This document shows, one piece after another, positions 50,503 through 60,456 of a stretch of DNA of 64,000 nt. Under the pieces are notes generated by a model. It was not told where the DNA came from, did not search any database, and saw nothing but the letters and a program-made list of their open reading frames with translations. The first letter of the stretch is position 1. Every line of letters starts with the position of its first letter. Made by a program: the position numbers and the translations under genes. Source of the DNA: a virus (Duplodnaviria > Heunggongvirae > Uroviricota > Caudoviricetes); the IMG/VR virus record IMGVR_UViG_3300034157_000063. One strand, written 5' to 3'.

Positions 50503-51260
50503 ATTAGCCCCATTTGGATAACAGTGATGTCATCTTCGGTTAACTCATTAATTTTTTTTGCAACCATTGGTAAAGTATATTCAGTTTCTAAAAGATACCT
50601 TAATTTTTCTGCAAATAACGCATTGGATGTGTCACTTATTTTCATAAAGTGTCTGGACATTCCCGCATTTATTTGTTTTCTAGCTAATAATTCGTATGAA
50701 ACTAGATATTGAAAATCATCACTTACGCTTATTGTATTTTTTTGTTTTATTGCATGTTTTGTATTATAGGTGATAGGTGACTTAGTATTGAATAATTTAT
50801 TGTATAGTTCAATTAATTGGTAATCTTCTTCTGTGTAAATGTTTATTGTATGTTTTTTTAAAAACGATTCTTTTAAATAAATAGCTTCGATGTCAAATTC
50901 AATGTCAACAGGTATACCATTGCTATCAATGTTCGAAGCTGTTCTAAGCTCTATTGTCTCACCTGTTTTTGGTATTGTTATTGCATAAATAAGTCCAAAA
51001 GTATCCCAACTTTGAATCCAATTGACACTCTTTTCTATTACGCATTCTTTAAGAAGTATGTCTTTTTTATTCTCAAAAAGATAATCTATATGTTCTATTT
51101 TATCGACTGGAACGATGAATTCTATTTGTTCTTTGTTTAAATGAGACAAGTTTTCAACAAAAACACCTTGATTCAGTCTAATCAAGGCTTCTTTTACTTT
51201 CTTCTCTTTTTCCACTTTTACATGATTTCCAAAATCATTAAAATTATTATATTTTCTCAT
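50499..51260 (-). CDS. Hypothetical protein, MxxI-tail family, array C
   Basis: Ends KKINELTEDDITVIQMGLI. Confidence 0.75.
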   Translation of the reverse strand: MRKYNNFNDFGNHVKVEKEKKVKEALIRLNQGVFVENLSHLNKEQIEFIVPVDKIEHIDYLFENKKDILLKECVIEKSVNWIQSWDTFGLIYAITIPKTGETIELRTASNIDSNGIPVDIEFDIEAIYLKESFLKKHTINIYTEEDYQLIELYNKLFNTKSPITYNTKHAIKQKNTISVSDDFQYLVSYELLARKQINAGMSRHFMKISDTSNALFAEKLRYLLETEYTLPMVAKKINELTEDDITVIQMGLI

Positions 51261-51361
51261 ATAAGCCTCATTTTTAAGACGGTTAACTGCTCATTTTCAA
51301 ACAACATTAATCTCCAATCATTTTCAGTTAATATTGAAAGGTCATATATCAATTTCTTCAT
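51257..51361 (-). CDS. 34-aa mini-ORF or remnant consisting only of the MxxI tail
   Basis: Hand translation MKKLIYDLSILTENDWRLMLFENEQLTVLKMRLI*; its TGA overlaps the next ATG (ATGA). Confidence 0.55.
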   Translation of the reverse strand: MKKLIYDLSILTENDWRLMLFENEQLTVLKMRLI

Positions 51362-51394
51362 GTGTTAATGGTTGTTTTCTGTTCATAATATAGC

Positions 51395-51937
51395 TTATTT
51401 ATAGTGATAAATTCTGACCATCATTAATTCATCATTAGATAATTCGGAAAATTTTTTATCTGCTACCATTGCAACGAGCTTTGTTGTTAACATGTCATCT
51501 AGTATTTCAAAAAAAAATGGTTCTTTAATATTGGTTATTTGATAATCTCCATGATTAACAAGTAAATGTACGGCATAATCTTCGTCATAGGTTGTCTGAT
51601 TTGATTGCTTATCAAACGTGATATTGGAACAGTTTATTAAAACATTCTGTTTGTCTTTTTCAAATGTCATTACAAAAGGTGCGTCTAATACTTTTTCTAA
51701 TTTTCTAATCAACTTAATATTATCATAGTAATGAATAGGTACTTCATTTGAGACAAGTCTATATTTCTTATTAATGGCTGTATAGGGCACTCGATGAACA
51801 CTCACTGCATTACCATCAGTAAAGGTTAACTGGGGCGTATACCCCAGCTCCTTATTTCCTAATAAAATATCATTCGAAGTGAGCGTGTCATTAAAGACTT
51901 CCGCAAACCAGAATAATAAATCTTTTGGACTGTTCAA
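51395..51937 (-). CDS. Hypothetical protein, array C (variant tail)
   Basis: Ends KKFSELSNDELMMVRIYHYK. Confidence 0.7.
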   Translation of the reverse strand: MNSPKDLLFWFAEVFNDTLTSNDILLGNKELGYTPQLTFTDGNAVSVHRVPYTAINKKYRLVSNEVPIHYYDNIKLIRKLEKVLDAPFVMTFEKDKQNVLINCSNITFDKQSNQTTYDEDYAVHLLVNHGDYQITNIKEPFFFEILDDMLTTKLVAMVADKKFSELSNDELMMVRIYHYK

Positions 51938-51938
51938 C

Positions 51939-53855
51939 TTAACTTACACCGTAGTAACTTAGGAAGTTATCAATACTCACTTCTTGACCACGGAAGTTAT
52001 CATACAATTTCAATGGTTCAACACTGCTACCTTTTTCCAAGAATTCTTTCTTGAATTTGATAGCATTCTTTTCTTTGTCTTCAATGACATGCATAAACGC
52101 ATCGACTGAGTAAATATCAGCCCACATGTAACCATAATAACCAGCACTGTAACCACCCGCGAAGATGTGACCGAACGTATTTGGGAAAGAAGTGTCGTCA
52201 TCCACTTTTGATGGAAGAATTTCATTCGCAATAGATTTGTAGAAATCAGTAATATCACCTTCAAACGTGTTATAAAGGTTAATATCGAAGGTGGCAAGCA
52301 CCAACTGACGGGCATACATACTACCTACGTTGTAGTTCTTTGAAGCAATGATTGAATTCAGCATAACTTGTGGTATTTTCTCGCCTGTTTCAACATGCCC
52401 AGACACTGACATCAAAAACTCAGGATCGTAGGCGAATTGCTCAAGCATCTGACTTGGGATTTCAACCGCATCACGAGCCATGCCGCTGGTACCGGCCATA
52501 TCCGAATATTGAACCTTGGAACTGAAGTGGTGAACCGCATGACCCATTTCGTGTAAGAAGGTGACAATCTCATCAATATCCATACCGATATCTTTCTTGT
52601 TGATGTTGCAGCAAAGCGAAACAAGACCTACTTCGTCCAGCGTTACACCAGAAAGACAGGATACCCAAGCACCGCTACCTTTCAATTCTCTTTCATACAT
52701 GTCCACAATAAGGCGAGCTTTCAATACATTACCTTCGTACACTTTGAAACATTCACTGTCTTCATAAGGAAGGTCAAAAGCTTCTGTATCTTTGACAAAA
52801 GTAAAACCAAACAGTTTTTCAACCAGATTAAAAACACCTTCAAATACACGATCCTTATTGAAATATGGACGTTCCATGTTGAATTCATAGTTAAGCAATT
52901 TTTCTTTCTTGATGTTGCCATAGAAACCACGATTCCATTTTGGAATGGTATCCACACCAAATTCAGTTTTAGCAAACTGATTAAGGGCTTCGTATTCTAC
53001 TTTTGCCAACGGTTGCATTTTTTCTTTGATACGACCAAGGAAGTTGGTTACAACATCGTAAGTGGGAGCCATACGATCTTCTAACGCCATTTCAGTGTAA
53101 GATTTATAACCCATGATAGCGGCAATCTGTTGTTTCAAGCTCAAAATCTTTTTAGTCACTTCGGTGTTATCAAAGTTTGAACGTGGTGACCCCGGATATC
53201 CACTGGCTTCATAGATGATTTGTTTCAGTTCATCTGATGGCGATTTAACCATGATGTCACCCATCGCATTCTGGTTGAATTTCATTACCAGTTCGCCATC
53301 AATCTCTTTAAATGATTCAAGGTCTTTTTCTGATAGAGTCGCTTTGACTTCAGTTGTTAGGGTGTAGGACCACTCTTTTTTCGAGTCAATGAGGTTTTTG
53401 CTGAATAGCATTTGAGCAGTAGATAGCTCTTGGCTAATAGCATTCAGTTCATCCTGCTTGTCTTTTGGCAAATCAATACCAGACTTCTCGAACGCTTCGA
53501 TATAACGTTTTTTAAGACGTTCTTCTGTTTCATTTTCTGTTACCAATGATTTGATAAACTCGTAATGCACAGGGTCTTGGCTAAAAGGGTCAGAGTATTT
53601 TTCATATTCAGTGACCATAAATTCATACAGTTCACTGACTTCATCCGTTTTCTTGACATTTGAGAGGTAGTTGTAACGCAGGAAAATATCAGACATAGCT
53701 TTAGATTGGATATCGCTTTCTTTCATGTAATCATTGAACTTCATGCCTTTGTTATTTTTGATGAAGTCATAAATCCAAGTTTTATAACTTTCGAAGACAG
53801 CGAGAAATGTTTCTTTATCATTTGCTTTTGGTTGAAATAAGTCTTTATTGAACAT
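51939..53855 (-). CDS. prlC: M3-family oligopeptidase A-like metallopeptidase
   Basis: K.SGAW, TFLHEMGHAVH, DAVEIPSQMLE, FGHIFAGGYSAGYYGYMWA. Confidence 0.93.
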   Translation of the reverse strand: MFNKDLFQPKANDKETFLAVFESYKTWIYDFIKNNKGMKFNDYMKESDIQSKAMSDIFLRYNYLSNVKKTDEVSELYEFMVTEYEKYSDPFSQDPVHYEFIKSLVTENETEERLKKRYIEAFEKSGIDLPKDKQDELNAISQELSTAQMLFSKNLIDSKKEWSYTLTTEVKATLSEKDLESFKEIDGELVMKFNQNAMGDIMVKSPSDELKQIIYEASGYPGSPRSNFDNTEVTKKILSLKQQIAAIMGYKSYTEMALEDRMAPTYDVVTNFLGRIKEKMQPLAKVEYEALNQFAKTEFGVDTIPKWNRGFYGNIKKEKLLNYEFNMERPYFNKDRVFEGVFNLVEKLFGFTFVKDTEAFDLPYEDSECFKVYEGNVLKARLIVDMYERELKGSGAWVSCLSGVTLDEVGLVSLCCNINKKDIGMDIDEIVTFLHEMGHAVHHFSSKVQYSDMAGTSGMARDAVEIPSQMLEQFAYDPEFLMSVSGHVETGEKIPQVMLNSIIASKNYNVGSMYARQLVLATFDINLYNTFEGDITDFYKSIANEILPSKVDDDTSFPNTFGHIFAGGYSAGYYGYMWADIYSVDAFMHVIEDKEKNAIKFKKEFLEKGSSVEPLKLYDNFRGQEVSIDNFLSYYGVS

Positions 53856-53963
53856 TTAATTCTCCTTAATAATTCCCATGATTATACCTGTAACAATTGA
53901 AAAAATCAATTGACTTTTGAATAATATTTCTGTTATTCTATGTGCTATTATAGGAGAAGTTAT

Positions 53964-54467
53964 ATGGGAACTGATGTGATGATATATTTGGGTCCGACTA
54001 TTGTTGTGCCAACAAAAACTGTTAAAACCACTGTAGATTTGTATTGTTGTTCGTCTACTTCCTGTAAAAAGCATACCAAAGCAGCTTCTGAAGCTGATAA
54101 GTTTTGTTCGAGTTGTGGATCAGCTAATCAAAATAGACAAGTTGCGTCTTCATCAAGTCTTGAACCTTATGAGGAAGATGCTGATAATGATTATGACCAT
54201 TGGTATGAATTGTTTGAAAATCATAATGTTGATGATCGAACCATTTACACTCCTAATTTTGATTTGGATGAAAAGGATATTTTTAGTGTTTATGACTCTG
54301 AAAAATATAGTGAATTCGATTTTGATTTGAGTAATGTTGATTTAAAGAGTAATCTTGACAAATTTAAACAATTACCCGAAACAAAAGAAGTGCTTGAATT
54401 GCTTCAACGTTTTTATAACGATGATGAAATTATTATCAGTTATAGATTATTTAAATACTGTTGTTAA
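53964..54467 (+). CDS. Zinc-ribbon-containing hypothetical protein
   Basis: C....C...KFCSSCG; start revised to MGTDV after AGGAG. Confidence 0.7.
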   Translation: MGTDVMIYLGPTIVVPTKTVKTTVDLYCCSSTSCKKHTKAASEADKFCSSCGSANQNRQVASSSSLEPYEEDADNDYDHWYELFENHNVDDRTIYTPNFDLDEKDIFSVYDSEKYSEFDFDLSNVDLKSNLDKFKQLPETKEVLELLQRFYNDDEIIISYRLFKYCC

Positions 54468-54479
54468 TGAATGATTGTT

Positions 54480-54507
54480 AAAAAAGCCACTTTCGAGTGG
54501 CTTTTTT
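54480..54507. terminator. Bidirectional intrinsic terminator
   Basis: AAAAAAGCCACT-TTCG-AGTGGCTTTTTT. Confidence 0.85.
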
Positions 54508-54525
54508 GTCTTTAATAAGTCGCTA

Positions 54526-55065
54526 TTAGATTAAAGATTTCAACAACGGTGTTGGATCAAGTAAATATTCTGGCTTATCTGTGTGTAATGTCCATTCTGT
54601 AATAGGTGTAACAGCTTCTGGTTGATACATTTCAATATGCAACATTGCCATCGGGCGACCTTTGTCTTTTAATAGAACGGTTCTAATATGACCAATCACT
54701 TCACCTGCTTTGACAACGTAGCCTTCTTTCATGTGTTCTGCAGGAATAAGTTCTCCATAGTTAATAATGTAACCATCATGCTCAATAAAGATAGAATAGG
54801 TATTGTTCCACCAAGGAGTGTTAGCAATTTCACCTGTGAATGGGATTATTTTGCGAATGATACCCTTTTCAATAGCAACCACATCGTCACCTTCTTCAGC
54901 ATACAGATCAACACCTTCATGAATATGGTTCTTACGCACATAGCCAAATGACCCCGGATGAGGTGCAACGGGAATTTCAGTTGTTTCTTTATATGAAAGA
55001 AGAAATGCTGTATTGCTATCATTAATGGTGATGTTATCTTTTTTCAAAGGAAAATATCTTAACAT
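54526..55065 (-). CDS. M23-family peptidase-like protein
   Basis: HEGVDL (HxxxD), V.AG.VIG, LHIE, DPTPLL. Confidence 0.8.
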   Translation of the reverse strand: MLRYFPLKKDNITINDSNTAFLLSYKETTEIPVAPHPGSFGYVRKNHIHEGVDLYAEEGDDVVAIEKGIIRKIIPFTGEIANTPWWNNTYSIFIEHDGYIINYGELIPAEHMKEGYVVKAGEVIGHIRTVLLKDKGRPMAMLHIEMYQPEAVTPITEWTLHTDKPEYLLDPTPLLKSLI

Positions 55066-55149
55066 GTGATGAACTCCTAATAATGCTTTATTATACTCTA
55101 TTTTTAATTAAATATAAAGTAAAAAGACCATCGCTGGTCTTTTTTATTA

Positions 55150-55923
55150 TTAAAATTTCAATTTTCCTACATTTTTTGGTTTATGGTACACCATTTCATC
55201 GGGTCTAATGATTTTGTTAATATGACTCCCAATCATAACAGGGTTTTTCATGTTGGTCATAAGTTGAAAGGCTTCTTCACTGTCCAATATAGTTGATCTT
55301 TTAACGTTTCCTTTAAAATTTTGTTTAAGTGAAGCAATGGTTATCTCATCTTGAATATCGCTGAGCTTTTCTTTGTTGTCTGCATACACTTTAATATCAA
55401 AGTTTCCACGGTCTTTACTTCCATTGTCATAATAGTTTTTTGTAATGTGAACGCCTTCTTTTTCTAATATTTTATTGATAGTTTCAACTTTATCCATTGT
55501 TAATCCTAATATCTGAACATTCAATACTTGTGTTAAATATCCTGTGTTTTCTTTTGCTTCGTCAAATGAACGTTGAAGATTATTTAATTTTTGTGTAGCC
55601 GTATGATCGAGAACTTTCAATTTTTCATTGATAGCAGTAGAGTTTAATTTTGCATAAGCGTCAGTTAATAGTTTATCAACACTGGCAGAGTCTTTTGAAT
55701 TTATTAATCCTGCTTTTGCCATATCATCCAACCAATTTACAAGTTTGTCTTTAACATCAGTAAAAGGTTCCTCGTAGGATAAGCTATCAATGCTGGTTAA
55801 TTTGTCAGTTTCTGCTTGATATTCGTTTCTTTCTATACAGGCTCCCTGATACATCTTGAAAAATCCTTGCATATTGTTTCTATTATAATCAATTTGTGTT
55901 GTATGAGTTGAGTATTCTTTCAT
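55150..55923 (-). CDS. Hypothetical protein with basic tail
   Basis: 257 aa; ends HKPKNVGKLKF. Confidence 0.75.
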   Translation of the reverse strand: MKEYSTHTTQIDYNRNNMQGFFKMYQGACIERNEYQAETDKLTSIDSLSYEEPFTDVKDKLVNWLDDMAKAGLINSKDSASVDKLLTDAYAKLNSTAINEKLKVLDHTATQKLNNLQRSFDEAKENTGYLTQVLNVQILGLTMDKVETINKILEKEGVHITKNYYDNGSKDRGNFDIKVYADNKEKLSDIQDEITIASLKQNFKGNVKRSTILDSEEAFQLMTNMKNPVMIGSHINKIIRPDEMVYHKPKNVGKLKF

Positions 55924-56064
55924 CAGATATTCCTGTTATTTTAATACATTATACTTTATTTTTGATAAATTGACAAATATTGTAAAAAACAAATAGAATC
56001 AACCAAAATAACTTGTCTTAGAGCTTTCTTAGTGTATAATTGAAAGTGAAAAGGAGTATTTGTT

Positions 56065-56685
56065 ATGAAAAAGAAACTGATTATATTTGACTGCTACGGT
56101 ACATTGTTAACGTCAACAGTTAGTAATCCACATGGTAAATTTTTAAGTTCTGTGGGCCTTAATCCGAGAGAGTTCCGTCGAAAAATAATGACTGAAAAAA
56201 ATGTTGACTGGCGTAGTTTAATTCCAGCCGATGTGAATGATGAATTTATTGCAGAAAATCTTGATAGTATGCAGTTAGAGCTTAAATTAGAATTAAAAAA
56301 TATCACACCTTACTTAAAAGATATCGGAAACAAACTGGATGAGTTAAGAAAGGATTACACCGTTGTGTTGCTTTCCAATCTTTCAGAAGAGTATGCTAAG
56401 CCGATTGAGAAATATTTAGCAAAACACGTTGACTACTGTTTCTATTCATTTGAAATAGGGAAGGCTAAGCCAGACCAAGAAGCGTTTGAACATGTTATTA
56501 CTTGGTATGAAGATAATTTTGAAACCATCAACCCGATGGAAATATTAGTTGTCGATGATAATAGTCAAAATATTAGTAAATGTAAGTTTATGGGTTGTCA
56601 TACATTTTTGGTGAATAATAGTTATTCAGAATCACCATTTTCCATTAAATCTTTCTTTGCTTGGTTAGACACCAAAGACCTTTAA
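56065..56685 (+). CDS. HAD-superfamily hydrolase
   Basis: IIFDCYGTL, LLSN, AKP, VVDD motifs I-IV. Confidence 0.88.
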   Translation: MKKKLIIFDCYGTLLTSTVSNPHGKFLSSVGLNPREFRRKIMTEKNVDWRSLIPADVNDEFIAENLDSMQLELKLELKNITPYLKDIGNKLDELRKDYTVVLLSNLSEEYAKPIEKYLAKHVDYCFYSFEIGKAKPDQEAFEHVITWYEDNFETINPMEILVVDDNSQNISKCKFMGCHTFLVNNSYSESPFSIKSFFAWLDTKDL

Positions 56686-56693
56686 TCCATAAA

Positions 56694-56921
56694 TTAGCTC
56701 TGTTTCGACAGAGCTTTTTGTTTTTCTAAGGCTATTAGCATTTCAAGCTTATTTAAGTGGAGATGAAGCCCGCCTGCAGAATCTGTTCCACATGCTGAAC
56801 AATGAACCATTCTGAATAAATACGTGATTCTTTTGTCAGTTTTTAACTTTTTCATATGGATAATTTCAGCCAATGTATTTAAAGTACCGCAGATTGTACA
56901 TTCTTCGTCCATTTCATTCAT
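56694..56921 (-). CDS. Small CxxC...CxxC zinc-finger protein
   Basis: CTICG...CSACG; AGGTG SD. Confidence 0.65.
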   Translation of the reverse strand: MNEMDEECTICGTLNTLAEIIHMKKLKTDKRITYLFRMVHCSACGTDSAGGLHLHLNKLEMLIALEKQKALSKQS

Positions 56922-57058
56922 ATCTTCACCTTTTAATTTGATGTCATTATAGTAATGTATCGCCTTTTCGTCAAGTTAACTGATCATAATTTATTTGTTA
57001 TTCATAGTCTTTTGTGGTATAATTTCGTCAACTTATAAACATAGGATATTTACTAATT

Positions 57059-57757
57059 ATGATTGATTATCATGTAGAAAAGAAATATGAATTGCCAAAA
57101 CGTTTCTTTGGTAAGTTTCCAAGTGAAAAATGGGATGAAATGATTGCCGATATCAATGATGACATAAATTATGAAGAAGCTAATGCTAAAATCATCAGCT
57201 TTATGACACAACTTAAACCTATTTTTGAAGGTGGTAAGGGATATCGTGTAAAAATATATAAATCATGCACACCCGCTTATAATAACCATGTGACGGTTTC
57301 AACTTTTAATATTGAAATATATTTGGATAAACAACGTATTGTTGAATTTGACTATTTTCCACTACGTTCTGATGGTTTGCCTAGTATTCATGACTATTAT
57401 ACTTTTTGGATTGATAGTACATTGTTTAACAAACAGTTATTGATTAAAAATTTGTATCATTTCAATGATGATTTCAAAATTGAATTTGTTAATCACATTT
57501 TCTTTAATTCTGGTTTTACAATTGATGCTGTGAGTGAACGAATTATTACTAAGGTTAGAACTCGAATCAAAGTAGATGGCAAAACCCGCGATGTTGCAGA
57601 TCTAAATTATGACTTTGAATCATTGTGTCATGATCTTATGAAAGAACCTAAGAAAGTCGTTCATGCCCTTTATTTTAGAAATAATGAAGTAACCTATGAA
57701 GACTTTATCAACAACGAAAAAGATTCACATGTACTATCAGCAATGGTTAATATTTAA
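57059..57757 (+). CDS. Hypothetical protein, MxxI-tail family
   Basis: Ends SHVLSAMVNI. Confidence 0.75.
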   Translation: MIDYHVEKKYELPKRFFGKFPSEKWDEMIADINDDINYEEANAKIISFMTQLKPIFEGGKGYRVKIYKSCTPAYNNHVTVSTFNIEIYLDKQRIVEFDYFPLRSDGLPSIHDYYTFWIDSTLFNKQLLIKNLYHFNDDFKIEFVNHIFFNSGFTIDAVSERIITKVRTRIKVDGKTRDVADLNYDFESLCHDLMKEPKKVVHALYFRNNEVTYEDFINNEKDSHVLSAMVNI

Positions 57758-57768
57758 TAGGAGTTATT

Positions 57769-58992
57769 ATGTTGTTTGATCATTTAAAAGTAAATAAAGC
57801 TGATTTTAAAGAATTGTTATCTTCTAAACACTTTAAATTCAATGAAATTCCTATTGTTGATGATTATTTTTCACTGGACCCAGTAAAAGAAAAAGGCTAT
57901 ATTATTTTAGTAGAGCATCAACTATCTAGCATTATTGGTCTTATATTTTCCAGTATAAAAAAATCGCAATCAGCGACAATAATGCCATACATTGAAGATA
58001 TAGTTTCAGTTTCAGATAAAAATATTCCGTTTTCTATACCTGAAAAAACACATTTATTTTTTCATAATTCTGATAAAGTTGTTGTTTATTTCATATTTAA
58101 AGATAGTAAAATTAGTGTAATAATAAAAGACCTTTTACATATTATTATTGATGACACTGATGTTGTTAATTTATCCATCTCAGGATTTACATTATCTTTC
58201 AAGGATACGTTGAGATTTGACAAATTTTTACAATTGCTTCACGAAAACAATAAAGCGTATTTTGAGAGAAATTATGACTTGCCTTACACTGTTGAAAACA
58301 TTGCTAACATTAAGAAAATTATTAACACTAAATACAACATCAATGCAGTTAATTATCAAGATTCAGTTAATAAAAAATATAATCAAACAAAAATTGCCCA
58401 ACATATGAATGAACATTATGTAGGTGTTATGCTTTCATCCGTTGTTAACAATAATATATCTCTGAGTTTGTTGGTCACTGAACCAACAGTTGACATGTCA
58501 AGGAAACTTAATTCTGATGGCAAGTTTTCAGGCTGTGAACGTATTACCTTTCCAGTTAATAATTTGAATAAAGCAGAAAAGCTTTTCGATCATATATTAA
58601 TCAATGAATGGTCAAAACAAACACTGCAAATGGTTAATGCAATGATTTTGTATCAATCAGCGATTAATGGCGTCACCATTAAACATGTTTCAGTAGTCAT
58701 GCCTAAGCTGTATGAAGATAAAAAGAACCTTAGTAGCTTTGAATTGTTTAATGTGGTATCGGAAGCTGATGTTTATTTTGATAATCAACAACACTTTAAG
58801 ATTATTTTTGGTTTAAATATAAAAATTCAGGTTAAGGATGGTATTAAAATTGTTTATGACCATGAATTTAAGACTTTGGATGAGGCTTATGTTCATTTTA
58901 TTGATTATTTTAGAAAACGTATTATAAAGAAGATACCTTCTAGTGACATTAATAATAATACATTTAAATTGTTATCAATGATCAATATCTAA
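57769..58992 (+). CDS. Hypothetical protein, MxxI-tail family (407 aa)
   Basis: AGGAG SD; ends TFKLLSMINI. Confidence 0.75.
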   Translation: MLFDHLKVNKADFKELLSSKHFKFNEIPIVDDYFSLDPVKEKGYIILVEHQLSSIIGLIFSSIKKSQSATIMPYIEDIVSVSDKNIPFSIPEKTHLFFHNSDKVVVYFIFKDSKISVIIKDLLHIIIDDTDVVNLSISGFTLSFKDTLRFDKFLQLLHENNKAYFERNYDLPYTVENIANIKKIINTKYNINAVNYQDSVNKKYNQTKIAQHMNEHYVGVMLSSVVNNNISLSLLVTEPTVDMSRKLNSDGKFSGCERITFPVNNLNKAEKLFDHILINEWSKQTLQMVNAMILYQSAINGVTIKHVSVVMPKLYEDKKNLSSFELFNVVSEADVYFDNQQHFKIIFGLNIKIQVKDGIKIVYDHEFKTLDEAYVHFIDYFRKRIIKKIPSSDINNNTFKLLSMINI

Positions 58993-59081
58993 AAATTTAA
59001 AGAAATATCTTTTGTTTATTGACATAATAAGCTTTTTGATGTTATTATGTTATAGACAACTTTTATAAATAGGAGGAAGCT

Positions 59082-59980
59082 ATGTCACAGCTAAACGCAA
59101 TCTAATTATCGAAACATACAAAGACCATTCCAGATTATATGAATTGGACTTTCATATAAATTCATCTGTCAAAAGTCCTGACGATACAACTCTGTTTACC
59201 ACATCTGGTATGCAACAATTTAAACCCTTATATTCTAATCTAGAATACACCAACACATTTACCAACATCCAGCAATGTCTAAGAATTAATGATCTAGACG
59301 AAATAGGCGATGGCACACACTTTTTAAAATTTGAAATGATAGGTTTATTTTCATTTAGACAATGGACACTTAAACAAGCTATTGATTTCATGTATTCCTT
59401 TGTTAACAAGCTGGGTATTATTCCAGACTATGTAACTATTCACCCTGATAAATATGAAGACTGGAAAGACCTTTATTCTGAATATGGCGTTGAAATACGT
59501 TTAGATCCTGAATGTGTCTGGTCAGATGGTAGTATTGGTGGATATTGCACAGAGTTTTACAAGAACGATGTTGAGATAGGGAATATTGTGAATACAATGG
59601 ATACTTGCATAGATGTGGGTTTTGGACTTGAAAGACTGCTTGAAGTGACTGGAAGCTTAAGACCGAAAAGTAAGCTTCAAATCCTTGAAGAAACTGCTTT
59701 ATTATTGATAGACGATGGTGTATTACTTGGTCACAATAAGAAAGAATACATTTTGAAAAAACTAATCACTGAATCTATTTTTCATGGTAGTCAAATAAGT
59801 AATGAATTTTTTGATCGAATTCGTTTCAATCAAGAAAAAGCTTATTCTACTTATATGAGGAAAAGAAACCATAAACGCTTTAAAGATAAAGATTCCATTT
59901 TCTGGATGGATACCTATGGTTTTAATATTAGTCGAATGGATGAATATGTATCAGTGTTTGGAAAAAAAGAAGACTCGTAA
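59082..59980 (+). CDS. Truncated alanyl-tRNA synthetase-like protein (aminoacylation core only); true start probably ATG 59082, joined by a -1 frameshift or indel
   Basis: DTTLFTTSGMQQFK, QCLRINDLDEIG..THF..FEMIGLFSF and IDVGFGLERL match AlaRS motifs. No editing or C-Ala domain. AGGAGG-ATG at 59071/59082 is out of frame with the body ORF (track: 59144..59980). Confidence 0.8.
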
Positions 59981-60006
59981 GAGTCTTTTTTTATTTTAAA
60001 CTTTTC

Positions 60007-60195
60007 CTATAAATTTATCGGACCTATATATTCTGCTTTGATGTAATAACTTGGTGTTGTTAAACGACCACCATATTTTTCATAAGTCTCTTGAACCATT
60101 TTTTTCGCCTCTTCTTCTGTTGGATAATCAGTGTTCCAAGTCTCTTGCTTCCAACTGTCACTGTCAAAATACTTAACTCTATATACTGTAGGCAT
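60007..60195 (-). CDS. Small hypothetical protein
   Basis: AAGGAG SD and TTGACA upstream. Confidence 0.65.
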   Translation of the reverse strand: MPTVYRVKYFDSDSWKQETWNTDYPTEEEAKKMVQETYEKYGGRLTTPSYYIKAEYIGPINL

Positions 60196-60253
60196 AATAG
60201 CATCTCCTTTTTGTTATTCATAACACATTGAAGAGTGAAATGTCAACTATTTT

Positions 60254-60445
60254 TTAAGATGTTTTTGCTTTAATTATATACGCTTTCCACTTTCCATGTT
60301 TTAAATGGAATCTTGAATACTTTTCAGGCACGAAGTGATTGCCTTCGCATGGAGGATGAGATTCAGGACCGTATAGACGCTCCCATAACGCAATGTTTCT
60401 GAATCTTACTTTCGGTTGTAGAAATTTGTTCATCATTTTATTCAT
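60254..60445 (-). CDS. Small hypothetical protein
   Basis: AAGGAG SD directly after the PcfJ-like gene. Confidence 0.55.
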   Translation of the reverse strand: MNKMMNKFLQPKVRFRNIALWERLYGPESHPPCEGNHFVPEKYSRFHLKHGKWKAYIIKAKTS

Positions 60446-60456
60446 AATAAATCTCC

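Noticed and set aside
54526-55065. M23 protein as a phage endolysin or lysis cassette
   Set aside because: No holin or spanin nearby, and the usual HxH motif reads MLH, so activity and role are uncertain.
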